This document shows positions 42,144 through 56,787 of a stretch of 64,000 nucleotides of DNA, piece after piece; the stretch's first letter is position 1; the number at the start of each line of letters is the position of its first letter. The stretch lies in NCBI GenBank assembly GCA_951406725.2, contig OX597826.1, positions 15,314,001 to 15,378,000 of the forward strand. Reading direction: 5' to 3'. This DNA is from Octopus vulgaris. Its lineage: Eukaryota. The notes below the pieces were generated by a model. That model did not search any database. It was given only the letters and a program-made list of their open reading frames with translations, and was not told where the DNA came from. The translations under genes and the position numbers were made by a program.

Positions 42144-43059
42144 ATATTATAATTTGTAACTGAATCCCCTTTTAAGTTCCTTGTTCAATCAAACCTTTCT
42201 CGGATTTAATAAGTTTTAGTAATAAGCATTCCATAATAGGACACAAAGTACTATAAGACTATATCGAGTTACCCTTGAATACAACAGTGAAAACAAAAGT
42301 GCTACTTCGTCTTTACAGAAAATTCTGAAGAGTCTCGCAATACCCCCCCCCACACACACACACACATGTATGCATATATTCCAAAGCACAGACAGTCACC
42401 CGACCATCTTGTTCTCCAGAATATCTGAAGGTTAATCTACAATATTTCTTAATATATTATCGATAATTTTCTTTAGAGAACATACATCTCTCTCTAAATA
42501 TTTTATTTATGTATTTTTTCCAGATGTCGTGATCTCTTTCTGATGGTTTAGACTATTTTATTATAGTCATTTGCAATTTTGCGTAAATGATCGACCATAT
42601 TTTTTGGTTGAACATATTTTATTTTCCAGACAATGGATTTGTCATACACTGAAAAATGGATACAAAAATATTCATTTATAAAAAATGCTTCACTAAAACT
42701 AGCCACTGTTCTTGCTTGCGTATTGTTTATATTTATTATATTAAAGAAATGAAAACATCACCAGGCTTTGCGCAGGAATGGATGAATATATCTTATGTTT
42801 TTCACTTAGAAATAAAATTCATAATTGCAAGGCACATTTTCTAACAGTTTATTTGACGACAATTTTCATCTCCTTTGCTAATCATGTGCTTGCAATTATA
42901 TTTACGTCGGCATAATCACGCTAATTTTTTAAATTTCAGACGATTGAATAAACGGCAACTGAGACTTACAATAAAACAATTGCAAGCTTAAAACAATTTC
43001 TAAGTTAGGCAAAATGACAGAAAAAAAAAGGGAGGAGCTTTGTTGATATCATCGCCTTC

Positions 43060-43588
43060 AGTACTGGTTTGTTAAGTTGTTTTATCGATCCCGAAAGGAT
43101 GTAAAGCAAATTGGCCTCGGTAGGAATTGAAATAAGTAAAGTTCCTGAATAATTTACCACATAGTATTTTTTCGCCGCTGTTGTTATTCTGCTAACTAGC
43201 CACGCTATTAATTTCTACTTTAAGTACATCACTCATTTTATCGACCCCACAAGGATGAAAGAAAAAGTTGACGTTGGAGGAATTTGAACTCAGAACATAA
43301 GGGCAGATGAAATACAGATAAGCATTTTTCCCGGTGTGTTAACGATTCTGTGTTAAAGCTCACCGCTTTAATAATAATCTTTTGTACGATAGGCACAAGA
43401 CCTGAAACTTTGGGCAGAGGGATAGTCGATGTAATCGACCCCAGTACTCAGCGGGTACTTATTTTATCGACCCCGAAAAGATGAAATTTAAATTCGACCC
43501 GGTGGCATTTGAACTCAAAATGTGAAGACAGACGAAACGCCGCCAAGCATCACGCCAAACGTGCTGTCGATTCTGAGAGTTCGCCGTC

Positions 43589-43590
<2 letters not shown>
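43060..43590 (-). mobile_element. Cluster of three co-oriented SINE family A copies
   Basis: Three successive ttttatcga(c/t)ccc...atg...gaatt(t)gaa units near 43080, 43237 and 43462. Confidence 0.8.
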
Positions 43591-43658
<68 letters not shown>

Positions 43659-43659
43659 C

Positions 43660-43721
<62 letters not shown>

Positions 43722-43743
43722 TAATAATAATAATAATAAAAAT

Positions 43744-43793
<50 letters not shown>

Positions 43794-43801
43794 GGATGAT
43801 A

Positions 43802-43886
<85 letters not shown>

Positions 43887-43895
43887 GGATGATAA
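43590..43895. repeat. (AAT)n microsatellite
   Basis: Direct inspection. Confidence 0.98.
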
Positions 43896-44292
43896 TATAT
43901 GTGTGCATGTTTGTGAGTATGCGCGAATGTCTATGTCTGTCTGTAAATGTATTGGTTTGCGTTTCTCTATAGCAGGTAACTACGATCTATTAATTTGAAT
44001 CCCTTCCCACATGAAGATAAAAAGCAAAGCGATAAACTTATATCGATAAAATTAGATTCAGGTTACGATAAGTGGTTGGCGCGTAATGATGTATCAAAAT
44101 AATTGATGATAGTGGCGAAGATGGCCATAGCAAGTGACTGAAAACAATACCTAGAAAGGCTATACTCGCTGGCAGACATACAGAAATACAACCCTCAACA
44201 TACATATATATATATATGATCACGCGCACACACACCAAGACTCATACATACATAAATATATGTATTCATGTATGTACGTATATATACATATA

Positions 44293-44354
<62 letters not shown>

Positions 44355-44469
44355 CATATAAACATGTGTGTGCGTGTGTATGTGTGTTTGTATATTTCCC
44401 ATTTATTTCTGCCTTTCTCTATATAAACATATATGTGTATATGTATATATGAATGTGTGTGCATGTGCA

Positions 44470-44650
44470 TGTTAAAAAATTATACCAAATGGGAAAACAC
44501 GAAAGAAAAGACAGAGACAGGTGAGGAAACAATAATTAAGGTGTCTTAGCTTGACACTCAGGAAAAATTGAGGAGTGTTTGACATATCGAGACTACGGCC
44601 TTACTCAGAAAACATATAGAGAGAAAACAGATGGAGAGAGAAAACAATCG
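44470..44650 (-). mobile_element. Penelope-like terminal fragment with a decayed hammerhead
   Basis: Minus strand: GTTTT-CTGAGTA-AGGC-CGTA-GTCTC-GATA-TG-TC-AAAC. Similar in layout to 18345-18550. Confidence 0.5.
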
Positions 44651-44803
44651 GACACACACATATACACACACATACTTGCATGCACATTTATATGTATATA
44701 TGTGCATATATTTCTGTACATAAAGGTATGCTTATATATATATATTTTTTTTTTTTATTACTTTTACTCTTTTACTTGTTTCAGTCATTTGACTGCGGCC
44801 CCG

Positions 44804-44869
<66 letters not shown>

Positions 44870-45589
44870 CGTACGTCTATATATGTTTGGAAAATATGTG
44901 CTGTATATTCAAACATATATATAAACGAAGAAACGACGAATAATACATTAATAATACATTAAAATTAATGGAAATATAAATATAAGATAAATGTAAATAT
45001 ATCAAGGTAATAGATTTATATTCGGTTAAAGTTGATTGAATCTCAAATCTATATTTTCAGCTTATTGATTCTTGATATAATAGTTTCGTATTCACTTTCT
45101 TGAAATACCTTTGGGATACTGGAAGTAGTTGAAATTGAATTCAGCAATATCGTGGAATGGAATCCAACTGTTAGGTTTCGAAACCAGTTCTTACCGAGAT
45201 ATCATAAACATTGCTATATATCATCTGTATCACTGGGGTCAATTTGCAAGTATATTTAGATGGAATTCTATAGCTTGAAGCGGATGAAAGATAAATTACA
45301 CACATGTTCCTTCAGTGACTATCTTAATATTTCCAAATGATTTTGTATGTAATCATAATAGCTTGTTGCTGTTGCTTAATACCAAGTCAACTCTGATCCA
45401 ACTGTAAGCGACAACTGATATTAGCTGCCTATACTTGCAACACCTGTGCCTCGCTGAAGATGTCTTATAGAAACATATGTCTACTGGCAAGATCAAGTTC
45501 ATTTCCACTTCGTACCTATATTTTATTAATTTAAAAGTTAATTTTGAGTAACATTTCATACAAATGTCCAAACTCATCCTCAGAACTGG

Positions 45590-45745
45590 TTCATTCGTTC
45601 AATATTCGACCGTGGTCGAGACAATGGAATTTACTATGTTACGCCAGACTTCACGGCCCATCATAGCATTACGGCGGTCCTGTTGCTGGATGCCTGTATC
45701 CCTGGAGATTACATCCGTGTAGGAGAGTGTGCACCCTCTGGTAAT
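45590..45745 (-). mobile_element. RTE-like LINE extreme 3' end
   Basis: DVISRDTGIQQQDRRNAMMGREVWRNIVNSIVSTTVEY* followed by a short (GAAT)-like tail. Confidence 0.65.
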
Positions 45746-47759
45746 TCAGAAAATGATTCATTTTGTTCAATGATAGTATATATTGGAATAGTTAACATAT
45801 ATTACCGCGTTACCTTACGTATGTTAGAGATTTTTGCTATGACGTTTATTTGTTTTTGATAAGATATATGATATAGTAGATTTATATTATCGCTTGTTTG
45901 ATCAGACGTATGATTACGTCTATATCTATACTGTCTAATCGATCATATTAATATGACAGAATTATCTTGTTGCTGCTCATTTTGTCATTTTGGTTTGGCA
46001 GAAGAAGACTGCTATTGCTGATGCTGTTAATTTTCTTTGAATCCGTTTCACCATACCTAAAAGATGGGTTATTTTTAACTATTCGACCAGACACAGACTA
46101 CCGGAAGGAATCTGATTTTGTTAACGTTGCTTTGTCTTTTTGTTCAGACCTTTGGCTTTCTAATATTCATTTTAGCTATTATTTTTGTCCGTTTCGTCAG
46201 ACTCTATGTTACGTTTTAGGAGCAACCTACAAAACGTCCTGAGTACAGAAATAAAAATTACGTAGATTGCATTTTCAGCTGGTCTTGAGGAACAGATGAA
46301 TGTTGCATTCGTTGTGTGAATACATTGTGGAGCTTGTGTTAAGATGCAAAATTTACGTCAATTGGTAAGAAAAAAGGGCATTTAATGAGGTTGGCCTTCG
46401 TGTTTATCTTTAAATCAGTTCTTGTTTAGAGTACCTTTGATCAAAATCATTACATTCCTAGTACTCTGTATTTCAAAATTTTCTATGACTAATATGGCAG
46501 GGTGATTTAGGTTCTATTTCTTGTAAGCTGGTCAACCGCGATAAGGCTCATTCATGACTCGAGCGACATTATTGTTCATATCCCTTTGGCATCCTATATT
46601 GGGCGCTCAAATAATGCAAACGCACACCTGATCGCTTTCCAGTTCATGTATGATCTAATGATTACTTAAAACCTCACCAGGCAGAGAAGAGCACGATGTT
46701 GGATAATTTTATAATCAACTTAAATGGATTTTTCCACAAAAGGAAATTCATAGAGCAATAAAACATCCTTTAGATTACGTTGTTCATTTTTGGGTTTAAA
46801 TTATTATTTATACGACCAAATATGATCAAGATTGAAACGACCCGAATATATTCCCACATCTAATTTAATATCAATGTCAGAATTTAATATCAGTTCCTAG
46901 CAGAATTTTGACACTGAATTTTATGTCTAGAAAACGAACATTGAAATTGTTTACTCTTCAGCTGTATTCGTCACGCAACCAAATAGCTGAGAATTTAACG
47001 ATTGATTTATTAGTTAATGACACAATATAAATTCGGGAAGATAAAACTATGTAACTGTCAGTGTCTCTCTTAGATGCACGCCGCTCATGGTTTCCAAAGG
47101 CAAATAAAATTCCGATGCTTTGATATTTCCCATATAAAGGTATAAAAAATCTTTACTTTATAACAATTTATAACACACAAAATAACACATAAATACATAT
47201 ACATACTCATACACACATTCACACACTCACACGCACATATAAAGCCATATATCAGTACATATCGTTTGATATTTAGACGAGGCTTGACTAAATGCTGCCC
47301 AAGGTTAAATTCATAAGTGATTTGAATTTATGTCTTCACATAATCTACTGAAACTTTTCTGTATTTCTAGATAGATATATTATGCTAGACAGATGTCAGA
47401 ATTGGCAACGAAATGAATATGATTGCATTTCACATATATTCTGCCTTTGTATTTACTTTGCCGCTGGATCCCGATTTTACTTTTGATTATAGCTCTATAC
47501 ATTTGTGGCATGAGACCGATTCCTGTAATCACAAATTAAAACAATCAAGTGAAGATATTCTCTTTTAAATTGACGTTTTCTTGGCCTCAAACTCAACGTA
47601 TACTTCTATATTTAGAAGTATATTCTGCAGCCTGATATGAATCAATGACTAAATCATTTTGCGATCGAATTGTAAAACTATAACACTCCAGATGGATTTC
47701 AACTTTGGGAAACGAAAATGTTAACAAATAATCAAATCAAAAGCTAAAGCCATTCTAAG

Positions 47760-49112
47760 GAAGCAACTCCGGGGAATATCGCAATAGACTGACGTTGGTC
47801 CTGTTTGCAATATTCTAGCTTGATTGTCCATGAACTTAGGTGTTTGTCTTCGCAATGCTACTTTTGAACACCTCAAGGAAATCTATGTAAACCTCTCTCC
47901 AGTGAAAGAGAGAGAAAGAGAGAGAGAGAGAGAGAGGGAGGGAGAAAAAAGGGGAAAATACGGCGATGAACCTGGCCCGCAGATTTCAATTACCCTTGTG
48001 ATCACAGTGAGGATTTCCTTTCACTCCTTTCCTACGGATGCCATTTTGTTTCAACGATTCCTCCGTTCAAAAATGTTACCTTAATTGACTGTTACTCGAT
48101 TCACTTTTAATCATCTGCCAGGAATCACAACATATATATTGCGTCATGTCGATCATCCAATTTTGAATATAATTGCATATGATACAGATGCTTGCTTCTC
48201 CGAAAACTTCACAATGAGTTAGGCGTAAATTTCCGAGTACGACACTATGTACTACAGAATGATCTCCGTCCACTCTCATGGAACGATCATCCAAACATGG
48301 GTTCGGGGATGTTCTCTATTTGCAACATCGATATTTTTCGTAATTCTTCTCAATCGCCTGTTTTAACATGAGAAAATTATCCTTTACTGTTTTTCCCAAT
48401 TTGGAAGCGAATTTCTCATAAATGGTTGGTCTGCCTAGTGCTTCTTTGTTTAACATGCGCTAGACTATAGCTCTTTCAAACCGATGGCTAAGTAGTAGAA
48501 AATGATACGCAAATCATTAAAGTGAAATACTACGCCGCCCACGCAAAGCACTGCTCTAGGGACCACGCTACGCACGTTGGTTGATACGCTGATTTCGAAC
48601 TTCAATTTCCTTTTCGACAAATCTCACGTTCATATGTGTGTATATGTGTGTCTGAATGTGAACATACACGTACGCGTGCCGATACTCACACATATATAAA
48701 CAAACAAATCAACAGCTGTGTTGATGTCCAAAGCAACTACATCATAATAAAACAAAACTGAGACTGTAGGAGAAAATCAATTACATAGCATCTGTCAGTA
48801 AGCAAAATATTTCATAATGCTTGCATTTTTAACACCATAGTAACTTGCTCTCAAGCTTGATGACATTGCAAGTTTCATTGTATGAGCAAACAATCCAGCT
48901 GACAAGACTGTTGGGAATCTGTTGATATTTCAAGTAGGTATGTACATAGAGTAATATCTACGTAGGTGTGAATAGTTATATCTATGACAGTACAGTTTTT
49001 GTGAATCCATCTGGATGAATGCAAGCATTTAGTTGTTTCTGTCTGTTGAGCATACATTATATATACATATATATATATATAATATAGACCAAAGTGTACG
49101 TACGCCGCTGTA

Positions 49113-49169
<57 letters not shown>

Positions 49170-49180
49170 ATACATACATT

Positions 49181-49252
<72 letters not shown>

Positions 49253-50345
49253 CGAGTTAGTAGGCAAACGAAAAGAGTGGGCACTCAACACATTTATTCG
49301 GAGTTACATGTGTCGATCAAAACTATTTGATTCAGACTTCTTGGTGTATCTCTGTGCCTGTGCGCGAGCGCGTGAATGTTTGAATCTAAGCACACATACA
49401 CACTCGTATAATTACGGATGCATACGCGCAGATATATAGGCATATACATGTACATATATCCATATATACCCCAACATATACTGTTCTCCAACCTACTTCC
49501 CGCAACCACACGACCGATTTCTTGTCCACCGCGTGGTTGTTTTCCTGTTCACCATACGGTATTTTCCAACTAATTGTTGTCGCTGAAATACCCACATCCA
49601 ACCGCTATAGCGCGTGACCTTTCCCGATTAATCACAGTCTAACGTCCAGTAATTAACATTGACTCTCTTCAATCGAACTCTCATTCGGATCCCAATGGCC
49701 GATGACTAGCAGCCCGCTCGAATCTCAGAGTTCCGAGGAATCTCAATCAAATTGTTTTGATCTCTCCCTCTCTCTCAGTTCATATATATGCACATACATA
49801 CAGGCAACATATGTACATCCATACATATGCATATATATTTGCAATCTCATGACTAATTTATATTTTGGGCTGCATTTATCCGTTTAGTATACGCAGACGC
49901 ACACATATATATGCACGAACTCATACATACTCATAATAAATGTTGAAGTGGCTATTTTAAATTCGTGCCTATTCTGATCTAGTTAATGAATGTTGGTTAA
50001 TGACCAAAAGAATACGATAACGAATACAAGCGGCCAAAATGGGGTTTCTCCGAAGGATCTCTGACGTATCGTTACACAGCAAGTTGTGTTGCTCGGAAAC
50101 CAGGGACTCTTTCCAAGCCGAGCCGCTACTTTTTCCGCATTGAGGGATCACATTTCCGCAAGTCGGATACGTCAAGCCGATCCAGGCGGTAAGAAACATC
50201 GGACTTGATGCAATACAAGATGATTGGATAATACCCATAGTTGCAGTCCGCTTCTTTTGGGAATCCAGCTGGAACGTCCAATGACGGTTGTTTCTTATCG
50301 AAATCAACGGATGAAGGGCCTGAGAACTCTACCCCAACGACCCAT
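47760..50345 (-). mobile_element. Ancient RLE-type LINE relic fragmented by microsatellites
   Basis: Degenerate motifs in the correct order on the minus strand: SDLRKCDPSMRKK (~50150), QQLVGKY and VDKKSVVWLREVG (~49530), CEVFGEA...RHDAI (~48150-48210), TRVIEICGP (~47985, compare TDRVIEARRPD). Confidence 0.55.
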
Positions 50346-51016
50346 ATGTTTAAATGTCTAGATATGTATGTATGCAGAAACCTATGTGTATAACAGGATG
50401 AAGTTGTGTGCACACACACACACATACATATACATGTGTGCGTGTGTATGTGGATATGTGTGTATGTATGAGGATGTATATTACATATATGTTTGCGTAT
50501 GTATGTACTTATACATGTTTGTGTGAATGTGTACGTATGTAGACGTTATGAACGTTGGAGGTTTTACGCCTACGCATTGTGAGAATATATCCTCACACAC
50601 TGGTGTTATCTCAACCCTTATTAATGATGTAATTTCTTTCAGTTTGTTCTCATACACATTACAGTTCATAAATATTTATTTTTCCGCCTTTTTCTATGTT
50701 GGGAATTTTATTTGCATTGATCAGTCGGTTTGGTTCTTTATGTTTCACTTATCAAGACCAATCAGAAGGAAAGTATGTCTGTTGTGGAGCCCGTGACGTC
50801 TTTGAAGATTAGACTTTTCCCCTTCAGCAGGAGAAATTGATTGTTCAGTTAATTCTTATAAATATTGTAATGCTCTCGCCCCAGCAGCAGCAGCAGCAGC
50901 CCAAACAGACTAGAAGCTGGTCGCTTGAGCGGTGCGAAGGTGTCATCCGTCAGGAGTAGGGACTCATCAACAAATGGTGGGCGTCGCACACGAGCTGTCA
51001 CAGCACACGCACCCCA

Positions 51017-51327
<311 letters not shown>

Positions 51328-51889
51328 CAAGCTATATTTTTCTGTCATTTTGTCTGTGAACTGCAAACAAATGAACGCTGCTAATGTTTCCCACTGTGAG
51401 AAATATTACTTTTAGCAATTTAGTCAACTAAATCCATACTTGAAATCCCTGCTTGAAATCTATGCGTCACACATAGCCCTCACACCATTAAGCACCCACT
51501 TGACCACACATAAACGCATACTATAATGTATGAATTCAGAGTATCGTATGGTTATTACAGTAATCTCCTCCTACGGCCACGGCTATCTGTCCACGTAATA
51601 ATCAATTACAAACTAATGCCATGGAAATTGGCCGTGTAATCTAAATTCCAGAAGATCCGAGCGATAAACTATTCAGTGATGAATATTTAATTCGTAAATC
51701 TACAATTATTTGTAATATACTGAGCACATATTTACTATAAACATCTATGTATAATTTCTGCATGCTGAAATAAATTTCAGTGCTACCTCAAGAAGTTTAC
51801 GAAATGTCTGTAATCATATGGAAGTCATATCATTAAAAAAATCTGTTTTCAACTCTCACAGCCACTGATATTTTGCTTTATATATATAT

Positions 51890-52219
51890 AATGCAGTCAT
51901 TGAAATTGTTATAATGTCTCGTTGTTGAAATAGGCTCTCTTTCTTTCCTGATAAGACTGCATTTTACACCGTTTATTCCTTTGGAATAAAACCAATGTTG
52001 TCTTCGAAACATATGTCGAAAGTAAAAGAATTTGAATAGCATCTGCGTTCAACTCCATTTATTTACTTATACTACACTAATTACTGCACATTAACCCGGA
52101 GATTCTACCTTTGAATAGGTCGCTTCATTCTTGTTACTTGCGTGAATTTTGCTACCCTGGTAACTGTTTATTGAATTTTCCATGTTAACGGTAAACAAAA
52201 GATAATTCATTCATCAATT

Positions 52220-52220
<1 letters not shown>
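51890..52220 (+). mobile_element. Penelope-like terminal fragment, same family as 9205-9620, with a hammerhead-like motif at 51943-52022
   Basis: CTTTC-CTGATAA-GAC...GTCTTC-GAAA-CATATG-TC-GAAAG. Perfect stem I, palindromic stem III and a GUC triplet, but a damaged CUGANGA box. (TA)n on both sides. Confidence 0.75.
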
Positions 52221-52250
<30 letters not shown>

Positions 52251-52667
52251 CCTTTAAGTTTACGCGAAATGTTTTCAAGTATGCAATTAAAAGGTCCTAT
52301 TTTATTACGTCGGGTACTGCCTAATGATACCAACTTATAGTGGCAGTCTTCGAGTCACATCGATTCATAACGTACATTTTCCAAGTTTCATGTCCAGATG
52401 GGGAATGTATGCGCCGAGATTTCTGTCTGTCGCAGGATTACTCATTTTTGCCAGCTGATTGGACATAAAATGAAATATTTTGCTGAAGAACACAATGCAT
52501 CAGCCGATCCAGGAATCGAAACCACAATCTTATGATCATAAGTCCAACGCCCTAACCACTAAGCTACGCGCCCCACATAGCAGCTTTATGGGGTTCTACC
52601 GAACTGTGCCGATATAATGTAGCATATGTGTGTGTGACCATGTGTGTGTGTGTCTGTGTTTGTGTCT

Positions 52668-52818
52668 GTGTCTGTGGTAAGAAGCTTGCTTCCCAACCAC
52701 ATGGTTCCGAGCTCAGTCCCACTGCATAGCACCTTAGGTAAGTGTCTTCTACTAAAGCCTCAGACCGACCAAAGTCTTATGAGTAGATTTGGTAGAGAGA
52801 AACTGAAAGAAACCAGTC

Positions 52819-52890
<72 letters not shown>

Positions 52891-53663
52891 ATACATGTTG
52901 GTATGTACATATATGTATATATGCATGTATTTATATATTATTCATATTATTATATGATCGAACGCCACGCATCCTTTTCTAAGTAAGTTTTATCTTAATA
53001 ATTACGATGCGCACCCTTCTACCTTTACTATCTCTTCTATGTCTATTTCTCTCCCTCTCTTGTTTTTCATCCTTTATGGTTTTCTCTCCCACTCTTCCCT
53101 ATTCTGCTTCTATCCTCTTCACCGTCCCATCCTTCTCACTCCTCCTCCTCGACTCTCTCGTCGCTGATACGTGACGAAAGATAATCTGTCTTTCTGCCCA
53201 CAACCTTCATAAAGTAAAAACGTGCTTATACTGTCTTCTTCATAAGCTCGTCTTCCTTAGCGTTCAAAATAATTTTTATATCGTCTTGGCTCTACAGCCC
53301 TCACTGTTGTTTTTACTGATTTGTTCTCACTGTCCTGTTCTTGTTACCACTTTCACCCTACGCAAAAAATTCCAAATTTTATTTAATTTGCTTTGCGGGA
53401 AGGACTGTTTAAATAAAGTCGTGTCTTGTCCTTGCCTTCGTAACGTGGAGTAGATGAAACAGGAACAACTGAAGAAGGGAAATATTCTTTATGTTGTATG
53501 TCCCATTTCTGTTTTTTTTTTCGTTGTTCGAAAAAAAGTTCGTTTCTATGTTTTTGTTTTTATGTTTTCGTTTCTCATTGTGTTCGATGTCTTTTTGATG
53601 TTCTGTACCCATATATGTATGTATATATTCATGTATATATGTAGGTATGTACATATATATATA

Positions 53664-53713
<50 letters not shown>

Positions 53714-53980
53714 TATATATATGTGTGTGTGTGTGTGTTTTGTATATGTATATGTCTTTGTGACTGTATTTGTCCCCTACGACCGCTTAACAAACGGTGT
53801 TGGTGTTGTACCGTCCCTATAACGTAGCGGCTTGACAAAAGAAACGATAGAATAATTACTAGGCTTAAAAAAATTTCCTGGAGCGATCTTTTCCTGGGGC
53901 CATCTTTTCGACTAAAACCCTTCAAGGCGATGTTCTAGCATGACCGCAGTCGGATGACTGAAACAAGTAGGAATAAAATA
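52668..53980 (+). mobile_element. SINE family B split by an ~0.75 kb insertion in its internal (TA)n
   Basis: Head (52668-52820) and tail (~53760-53980) match the two halves of 35724-36150. Confidence 0.75.
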
Positions 53981-55362
53981 TAAGAGATATACATAGACAC
54001 TTGTATATGAATATTTGCAAATAATCCATTAATCTGAATATATTCATACATATTTGCAGCTAAGCATACACATGACTTTCATTTTGTAGTTCATCTCTGT
54101 TGGAAAGACGATTTGTACAAATTTGAATATTATTTCTAGGAATAGTTATTCCCCTTTATGTTCTGACTTCTGTTTCAAATGTGCTTTTCATTTCCCCCTT
54201 GTTGGTAAAACAAATGTTATCGACTATGATCTCTTACTTTCAAAGCATGTAATCAAAAAATTTCCGTTCAGTTCATCCTTGCTTTTGTTATATCTAAATC
54301 TAGATTCTCTAATTGTGCCTTTATTTTTTTAAGACAGTAGGCTATAAAATGAGTGAGGAATTTGGATGCTAAGTAACAGTATGTTCGAGTAAAGTTAACG
54401 CGTTGGTTTTAACTTTTAAGTGAAAGAGTTTCGACAGATCCTGAAAAGACTAAAACGGTATGATACTGAGCCAGAATATAGTAAGATTACTACTGCCTAT
54501 AATGATACGTTTTCGGCGTAACATCATTGGCAGTAGCGGTGTTCTGCCGGTCGCAATTACAATTACCGACAAAGGTCTGTTCAATTCTGTGAAGGTTCTG
54601 ACGTTTTAGCTATCGACAATAAGAAAAGTATACAAATAAATACCATAATTTCTCTCAATAATATTCAGCACGGAATGATGAATCGATGAAGGAGACGGGT
54701 TAAATTTCTTGTGAATTAATCATAACTTTCCACACAAGTAATTGGTACGAATATTCCTAATTATTGGAATCCGAAGGTGAAATATATTTAAAGGTTTGAT
54801 CAAATATAATATTTTTTGGGCGAATAATCAATTTCGTAACGCAAGCATATAACTGCAGTTGTCGCCAGTGGGTAGATAAAATAGGAAACATCTTAAAATA
54901 GTGAATTAGTTATTTGAGAAATGCGAGCAAGAATTCGTAACATATGTAGTGCAGCTGTTTAGCCTCCATATTGATTTCCAGCATTAATGCAGTCATATAA
55001 TTTTTGGAGAGACGGTTTGTTCAATTAACTCTACTCTGTTACTTGACTGATATTCTATATTATCGACTCTATGAAGTAAGAGTAGCATATCTGATATCAG
55101 CAGGATCTGAATTCAGAATAGAATGTGAACTAAGTAAAATACCTTAAAACATTTTCTCTGACACCACGGTTATTGCCAATAATAACTCCAAATTCTTATA
55201 TGGCTTCTTATTTTTGTGACACGCAACTTTCATATAAACACAGCATAGAAATATTGAAGGTGATACTCAGTTTACGAATATCTGTCATGGATATTGTGCA
55301 GCTTCAGACAAGTAGTGATACGCTCACTTTTACTAATATATTTGCATTCTAAGTATGTTGCA

Positions 55363-55448
<86 letters not shown>

Positions 55449-55684
55449 ACACCACCGCCGCCGCCGCCACCACCACCACCAACAACACTACTACTACAGC
55501 TACTACTACTACTACTACTACTACTACTCTACCACTACCACCACAGCCACCACCGCCGCCACCACCACCACCACCACCACTACTACTACTACTCTACAAC
55601 TACTACTACTACTACTACCACCACCACCACCACCACTACTACTACTACTCTACAACTACTACTACTACCACCACCACCACCACC

Positions 55685-55762
<78 letters not shown>

Positions 55763-55790
55763 GTTGCTGCTGCTGCCGCTGCCGCTACTA
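55363..55790. repeat. Compound (CTA)n/(CCA)n microsatellite
   Basis: Direct inspection. Confidence 0.98.
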
Positions 55791-56555
55791 TTCTCCTGAC
55801 TTGATATATGTCAAGCTTTGCATTTATTTCCATTTATACATTCCCAGTCTATAAGGTCTGTCTGGAAATAAGAAGTGAAGCAGACACGTTTTAACTCTTC
55901 ACTAAATTATCAAACTTCCGTTTTTGTTTCTTTTAAAAAAATTTTGATGGTTTTTTTTTTTTCACACAATGCAACAAATCAATACTTTTACAAAAAATAT
56001 GACCTTGTGAATACTAAAGGAGCAGACTTAAAGACTAAAAACTTAGTTGATGCTTGACTTATCTTGCTCTTCATAGTTCTGCATTAAAATATCAATGGAT
56101 CAAAGTTAATGAAATAAATAAATAAGTAAATAAATAAATATATAAATAATAATACGAAGAAGAACAACAGCAACAATAAAGTTGATCACGTAAATCACTA
56201 ACTATCTCTAAAAATATTGGTCAATTTTGACTATGGTTCTCTTAGTAGGAAGCATTGGAACGATTTTACTATTTTACTCAAACTTATGTTATTGGTGCAA
56301 TCAGTCCTAAAGTTATTTGTACTCTGAACTTGAAAGAGAAGAATCTAAATATATACAGTATTATGGTGACAGTGCATAGCAATTGTGGCCATTCTCTCAT
56401 TCCATAGTGTCACCACGCCCATGTCTTATATGCACGCATTCGCTGGCGCGCACCCTTAAATACGTCAATGTATTTGTGATGTGTAACTTTGGTACGGTGA
56501 CATACATTCAGTGTGGAGGAGTATGTGATTAATTCAATTGTAGTATTTCATCTGA

Positions 56556-56787
56556 AGCGGTGAGCTGGCAGAAACGTTAGCACGCCGGACGAAATGCGTA
56601 GCCGTATTTCGTCTGCCGCTACGTTCTGAGTTCAAATTCCGCCGAGGTCGACTGTGCATTTCATCCTCTTGGGGTCGATTAAATAAGTACCAGTTACGCT
56701 CTGAGGTCTATATAATCGACATAATCCGTTTGTTTGTCCTTGTTTGTCCTCTCTGTGTTTAGCCCGTTTGTGGGTATTAAAGAAATA
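56556..56787 (+). mobile_element. SINE family A, full length
   Basis: Perfect 14-nt TSD agtatttcatctga at 56542-56555 and 56788-56801. Confidence 0.93.

Noticed and set aside
45450-45490. CTGAAGA-TGTCTTATA-GAAA-CATATG-TC hammerhead-like string
   Set aside because: Weak stem II and no stem I. The opposite strand reads like a decayed LINE RT segment (PVDICF).
47950-48620. CpG-richer stretch with minus-strand donors (AAG|GTAAC, AGG|GTAAT) as a candidate 5' UTR exon or promoter of the receptor
   Set aside because: Carries degenerate knuckle, RHD and RPD-like motifs colinear with 49500-50345, so it is better explained as an old LINE. The true TSS cannot be located from sequence.
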